From NCBI GenBank assembly GCA_963815455.1, contig CAWFGO010000002.1, positions 224,001 through 288,000 on the forward strand: 64,000 bases of DNA. The letters run 5' to 3'. The DNA is from an uncultured Verrucomicrobiae bacterium. GTDB taxonomy: Bacteria; Verrucomicrobiota; Verrucomicrobiia; Chthoniobacterales; UBA10450. Under the pieces are notes generated by a model. It saw nothing but the letters and a program-made list of their open reading frames with translations, was not told the origin of the DNA and made no database searches. The position numbers and the translations under genes are program-made. This document shows positions 59,062 to 64,000 of the stretch, piece after piece; the first letter of the stretch is position 1; every line of letters begins with the position of its first letter.

Positions 59062-59625
59062 GTGGAAACGACCGCCGCGATTCTCTTGCGAAAACGGAAA
59101 TTCAGCGACACGAGCCTGATCGTGTCGTGGTGCACAGAGTCGCTCGGTTGCATTCAAACCATGGCTAAAGGTGCGCGCCGGGCCAAGAGCCCGTTTTCCG
59201 GCAAGCTGGATTTGTTTTTCGAAACGGAAATTCAGATCGCCCGCAGTCGCAAATCAACACTGCACACCCTTACCGAAGTCGTAATGAAAAATCCATTCCC
59301 GGGAATTCGGACGAGCTACTTGCGAACGCAGGCAGCCGCGTACTTCGTCGAGCTGATCGAGCTTTGCACCGAGCGCGATCATCATGAACCGGAATTGTTC
59401 TCTCTTCTGCGACGAGCGTTCGGCTATCTCGATTCGAACGATCCAAACCTGCGCGCGGTTTCCCACTTTGAGACCGAGCTGGCTCGCATTGCCGGCGTCC
59501 ACGATGCAAAGAAGCTCAAAGCCAATCCGGCCTTTGCGCTGGGCAATTTGTTTGGAAAATTGCCATTGTCGCGCGCGCCTCTTTTAAAGAGATTGGGACA
59601 AGGCGGGACACAATCCGGCAAATGA
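59062..59625 (+). CDS. recO: DNA repair protein RecO (short form)
   Basis: AILLR....DTSLIV, AKGARR.KSPF.GKLDLF, Y..EL. Confidence 0.88.
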   Translation: METTAAILLRKRKFSDTSLIVSWCTESLGCIQTMAKGARRAKSPFSGKLDLFFETEIQIARSRKSTLHTLTEVVMKNPFPGIRTSYLRTQAAAYFVELIELCTERDHHEPELFSLLRRAFGYLDSNDPNLRAVSHFETELARIAGVHDAKKLKANPAFALGNLFGKLPLSRAPLLKRLGQGGTQSGK

Positions 59626-60224
59626 AATCAAAACTGCGATTCCTTCGATTTGGCGCCCTTCTTTGGCTCTCCGCGACTTTCGTCTACGACGCGGCGGCGA
59701 AGGACATCTACAATTTCAATCAAGATCATTCCACGATTAGTTTCCGCGTTCGCCAGTTCCTCGGCGGGACCAATGGTAAATTCAAGCAGTTCTCCGGCAA
59801 GATCGATCTCGATCGCGAACATCCGGAACAATCGTCGGTAACGGCCGCCATTGCCGTCCACAGCATCGATACTCGCAACAAGAAGCGCGACGATCATTTG
59901 CGCAGCGAAGAATTTTTTAACGCCGCGAAATATCCGGAGATCATTTTTGGGAGCCGCAGCGCCAGACAAGGCGGGCCGCAAAGCGGGGACATCTTTGGGG
60001 ACCTGACTATGCACGGAGTGACCAAACCGGTGACGCTCCACGTCAAGCTGCTCACTCCGTTAAAAGAAGGGCCGGCCCTTCAACAAACTCGATGGGAGAT
60101 CACGGCCGAGCCGATCAGGAGACGCGATTTTGGCCTCGTGTTTACCAAGACCGCGGAGGCGGTTTCGGGCATCAGCAACGAGGTCGCGATCAAGATGGAG
60201 ATCGAAGCGACACTCGCGCAGTGA
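59622..60224 (+). CDS. YceI-family protein
   Basis: HS.I.F, SIDT...RD.HLRS..FF...YPEI.F, GDLT.HGVTKPV. Confidence 0.92.
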   Translation: MKSKLRFLRFGALLWLSATFVYDAAAKDIYNFNQDHSTISFRVRQFLGGTNGKFKQFSGKIDLDREHPEQSSVTAAIAVHSIDTRNKKRDDHLRSEEFFNAAKYPEIIFGSRSARQGGPQSGDIFGDLTMHGVTKPVTLHVKLLTPLKEGPALQQTRWEITAEPIRRRDFGLVFTKTAEAVSGISNEVAIKMEIEATLAQ

Positions 60225-60239
60225 TTGAATCACGCGTCG

Positions 60240-60953
60240 ATGCAAATTACCCCTCTCGGAGATTCAGCGCTGATCGTCCGGGTGCGCGAGCAGTTTCAGG
60301 ACGCGCCGGAAGAAACGTTAACCGAAGTGTTGCACGCACTTCGCCGGATTCGAGAGGCGAATATTCCTGGCGTGATCGAGCTTGCGCCTGCCTACACGAC
60401 CGTCGGCGTTTTCTTCGATCCGGTCCGGGTCGTGCGGGCGGGCGCGCAACCCGATGAAATTCATGGTTGGTTGGCCAAACGCATTGCAGCCGCGGGCGCC
60501 GACCGCGGCCGGGCGCGGACAAAAACGGACAACTTCCGGGAAATACCAGTTTGTTACGATCAGGAATTCGCGTTGGATCTGGATCACGTTGCCAGACACG
60601 CGCAGATGTCTCCCGAAGAAGTTGTCGATCTTCACAGCGGCGGCGAGTATCGCGTCACCTGCGTTGGATTCACTCCCGGCTTTCCTTTTCTGGCCGGGCT
60701 CCCGAAAAAGCTGGCCACTCCGCGTCGCCCTACGCCGAGAAAAGATATTCCCGCCGGGGCGGTCGGAATCGGTGGCGCGCAAACCGGAATTTATCCGTTG
60801 CGCTCGCCTGGCGGCTGGAACCTGGTCGGTCGCACGCCGTTGCGGTTATTCGATCCGGCTAATGATCCTCCCGTGCTCCTACGGCCAGGTGATCGCGTGC
60901 GTTTCCGCAAAATCACTCGGAAAGAGTTCGATGCTATTGAATCCGTGCGATAG
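60240..60953 (+). CDS. pxpB: 5-oxoprolinase subunit B
   Basis: LGDSA, PAY, IPVCY, GFTPGF, PRR..PR, YP..SPGGWNL.GRT. Confidence 0.93.
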   Translation: MQITPLGDSALIVRVREQFQDAPEETLTEVLHALRRIREANIPGVIELAPAYTTVGVFFDPVRVVRAGAQPDEIHGWLAKRIAAAGADRGRARTKTDNFREIPVCYDQEFALDLDHVARHAQMSPEEVVDLHSGGEYRVTCVGFTPGFPFLAGLPKKLATPRRPTPRKDIPAGAVGIGGAQTGIYPLRSPGGWNLVGRTPLRLFDPANDPPVLLRPGDRVRFRKITRKEFDAIESVR

Positions 60954-60961
60954 CGCTCGAA

Positions 60962-61047
60962 GGTGGATCGCGATCTCCGAGCGCGATGTTAAACAATTGC
61001 GCCTTCGGCGCCGACTTTAGCATCGTGCCCGGAGGTCACGATCCACC
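60962..61047. repeat. Family F element (uninterrupted copy)
   Basis: GGTGGATCGCGATCTCCGAGCGCG ... CCGGAGGTCACGATCCACC. Confidence 0.85.
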
Positions 61048-61048
61048 C

Positions 61049-62017
61049 ATGAGCCTGATCATTACCCGCGCGGGATTTCTTACATCGGTTCAAGATTTGG
61101 GTCGAACTGGCCGCCGCGAATTGGGTGTCTCACTGAGCGGTGCGCTCGATCAACATGCCCTGCGCGTTGCAAATCTGCTGGTGGGCAACGTGGACTCGGC
61201 GGCCGGATTGGAAATCACCTTCGGCGGCGCGCATCTGCGATTCGAAGACGAACGAACCGTTGCCTGGTCCGGTGGGGAATTCGATGTTCGCATTGGATCG
61301 ACATCGTTACCGGCCGGTCACGTTGCCCGCATTGACCCGGCCGAGGAATTGAAATTCGGCCATCCTCGAATCGGATGTCGATGCTGGCTGGCAATTTCCG
61401 GCGGAATTGATGTCCCGATTGTTCTCGGGAGTCGCTCCACCGATTTGCGGGCAAATTTTGGTGGATTGGAAGGACGAGCGCTGCGCGATGGCGATCAATT
61501 GCCATTAGGCACGCCGCCGCGGTCGGCGCCCGCAGCTACAAAGATTTCGGCGTGGAGTGCGGCTTATGATTGGGTTTGCCCGGCGAAACGAGAGCCTGTC
61601 CTGCGCTTTGTTCGCGGCGTTGATTGGTACCGATTTGACGCCTCGACACTTCACTGCTTCACCACGGATGCATTCGTCGTTTCATCCGATTCCGACCGGA
61701 TGGGCGCGCGTTTCGACGGCCCGGAACTAAAACGAACCGACGATGTCGATCTTATTTCCGAAGCGGTCGCGCCTGGAACAATCCAGGTGCCGGCGAACGG
61801 GAAGCCAATTCTGCTTCTCGGCGATTGCCAAACGATTGGCGGTTATCCCAAGATCGGGCACGTGATCACTGTCGATCTTGGAATCGCCGCTCAGCTTCGG
61901 ACCGGCGATCCCGTGCGCTTTGCCGAGGTATCGCTGGCCGATGCGCACCGGCTTTTGTTAGAACGCGAACGCGAGCTGGAACTTTTCCGGGTTGGGCTCA
62001 GCCTCCACGACGCATGA
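61049..62017 (+). CDS. pxpC: 5-oxoprolinase subunit C
   Basis: QDLGR, ANLLVGN, LGSRST, SDRMG, GTIQVP..G.PI, QTIGGYPKI. Confidence 0.93.
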   Translation: MSLIITRAGFLTSVQDLGRTGRRELGVSLSGALDQHALRVANLLVGNVDSAAGLEITFGGAHLRFEDERTVAWSGGEFDVRIGSTSLPAGHVARIDPAEELKFGHPRIGCRCWLAISGGIDVPIVLGSRSTDLRANFGGLEGRALRDGDQLPLGTPPRSAPAATKISAWSAAYDWVCPAKREPVLRFVRGVDWYRFDASTLHCFTTDAFVVSSDSDRMGARFDGPELKRTDDVDLISEAVAPGTIQVPANGKPILLLGDCQTIGGYPKIGHVITVDLGIAAQLRTGDPVRFAEVSLADAHRLLLERERELELFRVGLSLHDA

Positions 62018-62763
62018 AGCTTCATGTCGATCTTAACGCCGATCTCGGCGAAGGCTCGGGACATGACGCCGAGCTTTTCGAATTGATCAGTTCGGCCAAC
62101 ATCGCGACCGGGTTTCATGCCGGCGATGCCGATACCATTCACGCCGCAATTTCTGGCGCGAAGAAATGCGGCGTCGCAGTCGGCGCACACCCGAGCTTAT
62201 TCGATCGAGAAAATTTTGGTCGCAAAGAATCGAAAGTTAGCGCCGAGGAAATTTTCGACGCGGTGGCTTATCAAATCGGCATTTTTCAGGCCATCGCTAC
62301 GGCCGTCGCGGTCGAGCCGAACCATGTCAAACCGCACGGCGCGCTCTACAACATGGCCGTGCGCGATGAGAAACTGGCCGATGCGATTGCCCGGGCCACA
62401 AAATCTGTCGATTCCAAACTGATTCTGTTTGCGCCCGATAATACGGCGCTGGCCCGGGCCGGCGAAAAACACGAACTGCAAATCGCTCATGAAGTTTTTG
62501 CCGATCGAAATTACCTGGCCGATGGCACGCTGGTGCCGCGGTCACGGCCGGACGCGTTGCTGCACGATGCGCAGGAGGCCGCGCCTCGGGTGTTACGAAT
62601 GCTTCGGGAAGGCAAAGTGCGCAGCGTGGATGGGACCGATGTCGATGTTCGGGCCGAGACAATCTGCGTGCATGGCGACAATCCAAGTGCCGTTGAATTC
62701 GCTCGCGCGCTGAGGTCACAGTTAGAAGCGGAAGGCGTGGAAATTCGGGCGCCAAGAAAATGA
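62014..62763 (+). CDS. pxpA: 5-oxoprolinase subunit A (LamB/YcsF)
   Basis: DLNADLGE, GFHAGD, GAHP, HVKPHGALYN, EVFADR, TICVHGD. Confidence 0.95.
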   Translation: MKLHVDLNADLGEGSGHDAELFELISSANIATGFHAGDADTIHAAISGAKKCGVAVGAHPSLFDRENFGRKESKVSAEEIFDAVAYQIGIFQAIATAVAVEPNHVKPHGALYNMAVRDEKLADAIARATKSVDSKLILFAPDNTALARAGEKHELQIAHEVFADRNYLADGTLVPRSRPDALLHDAQEAAPRVLRMLREGKVRSVDGTDVDVRAETICVHGDNPSAVEFARALRSQLEAEGVEIRAPRK

Positions 62764-64000
62764 GCGAGAAGATCGACAATCAGAAACAGGCCGGATTGGT
62801 TCGCGCGCTGGGGCCGCTGGACGCGACGATGATTGTGATGGGCTCGATGATCGGGTCGGGAATTTTCATCACTTCGGCGGAATCGGCCCGATTGATTGGC
62901 GCACCCGGGTGGTTGCTGCTGGCCTGGGCGGTGGCGGGTTTGATGACAATCACCGGCGCGCTCTGTTGCTCGGAACTGGCGACGATGATGCCGCGCGCCG
63001 GCGGCGTTTATGTTTTCCTCCGGGAAGCGTACGGCCCGGCGATCGGATTTTTGTTCGGCTGGACGCTGTTTCTTGTCATTCAGACGGGGACGATCGCCGC
63101 GGTGGCAATCGCTTTCGCAAAATTTCTCGGCGTTTTCGCTCTGGCAGTCGGGCCGGAAAATTATCTGATCAAACCAATCGCACTGGGGAGTCACTACGCG
63201 ATCAGTTTATCGACCGAGCAATTGGTCGCGATCGCGGTAATCGCGCTGTTGACCTGGACCAACACGCGCGGACTCGAAGTCGGCAAAATTGTTCAGAACA
63301 CATTTACTTTTGCAAAGACCGCGGCGTTGGCGGCCGTCGTGGTGCTCGGGTTGTCGCTGGGTTGGAACGCGGGCAGCGCCGCGCGATCGTCCGACTGGTG
63401 GAACTCGTGGGCGAATGGCTGGAGTCCGCAGGTTGCCCAGCCAGGCTTTGGTATTGTGGGCGGGCTGGCATTGGCGCTTCTTTTTGGAAAGGCAATGGTG
63501 GGCCCGTTGTTCGCGCAAACGGCCTGGACCAATGTCACCTTTATCGGGAGCGAGATCCGCGACCCGGGTCGGAACCTTGTACGCGCGCTGCTGGGTGGCT
63601 GCGGAATCGTGGTGGTCTTGTATGTGCTGGCCAATCTCGCTTACGTCGCGACGTTGCCATTGTCGGAAATCGAGCACGCGCCGCAAAACCGGGTCGCGGT
63701 CGCGGTGATGAATTCCCTGTTTGGCCGCCCCGGGGCGATGTGCATGGCCGCGGCGATCATGATTTCCACGTTCGGTTGCAACAACGGGCTGATCCTGGCC
63801 GGCGCGCGCGTCTATTATGCGATGGCGCGCGATCGCCTGTTTTTCCGCCGCATCGGCACGACCAACGCGCAACACGTCCCGGCCGCAGCTTTGGTGGCGC
63901 AGGGAATCTGGACGGCGTTTTTGACTTTGCCGCGGACAATGACTACCGATGCCGCGACCGGCGCGATCAGTTACGGAAACGTTTATACCCAGTTGCTCGA
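62760..64000 (+). CDS. APC-family amino acid permease; runs off the window end
   Basis: MSEKIDNQKQAGLVRALGPLDATMIVMGSMIGSGIF; EL..MMP.AGG.Y; EIRDP.RN; ATGA overlap with pxpA. Confidence 0.92.
   Translation, partial: MSEKIDNQKQAGLVRALGPLDATMIVMGSMIGSGIFITSAESARLIGAPGWLLLAWAVAGLMTITGALCCSELATMMPRAGGVYVFLREAYGPAIGFLFGWTLFLVIQTGTIAAVAIAFAKFLGVFALAVGPENYLIKPIALGSHYAISLSTEQLVAIAVIALLTWTNTRGLEVGKIVQNTFTFAKTAALAAVVVLGLSLGWNAGSAARSSDWWNSWANGWSPQVAQPGFGIVGGLALALLFGKAMVGPLFAQTAWTNVTFIGSEIRDPGRNLVRALLGGCGIVVVLYVLANLAYVATLPLSEIEHAPQNRVAVAVMNSLFGRPGAMCMAAAIMISTFGCNNGLILAGARVYYAMARDRLFFRRIGTTNAQHVPAAALVAQGIWTAFLTLPRTMTTDAATGAISYGNVYTQLL

Noticed and set aside
43642..64000. Prophage or island integrated at the tRNA-Leu 3' end
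   Set aside because: No integrase, no 3' att duplicate, and housekeeping genes follow.

Overview
GC-rich bacterial chromosomal window. It most likely comes from a soil Verrucomicrobiota genome (Chthoniobacterales/Ca. Udaeobacter-like); this is inferred from the dockerin-tailed surface protein, the Pro/Thr-rich exported proteins and the gene content. Most genes are housekeeping: tgt, yajC-secDF, rpsU, ccsA-hemA-hemC-cobA/hemD, apt, queF-queC, rfbB/rfbD, tRNA-Leu(GAG), amn, a TetR-MFP-RND pump, tilS, gltX, glnS, aroE, nadA, recO and pxpBCA. There is also an AlgI/AlgJ-type O-acetylation cluster, a PIN-Phd toxin-antitoxin pair and two large secreted proteins. Many genes in the first ~18 kb (and rfbD) carry 1-nt indels that look like long-read errors. 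Main observations: (1) a GxxExxY PD-(D/E)XK nuclease gene is bracketed exactly by 29-bp inverted repeats made of 10-bp units, and orphan arms of similar design lie elsewhere, suggesting a minimal mobile element; (2) a GrpE-like / lidless Hsp70 / degenerate-J-domain-FGE-domain module is appended to the heme operon; (3) many short repeat families (REP-like hairpins, MITE-like pairs, heptamer arrays) sit inside coding genes, supply start and stop codons and nest in each other, including a ~30-bp micro-element found inside other repeats and inside a duplicated tRNA-Leu 5' end. All calls are by eye; no database searches were run.
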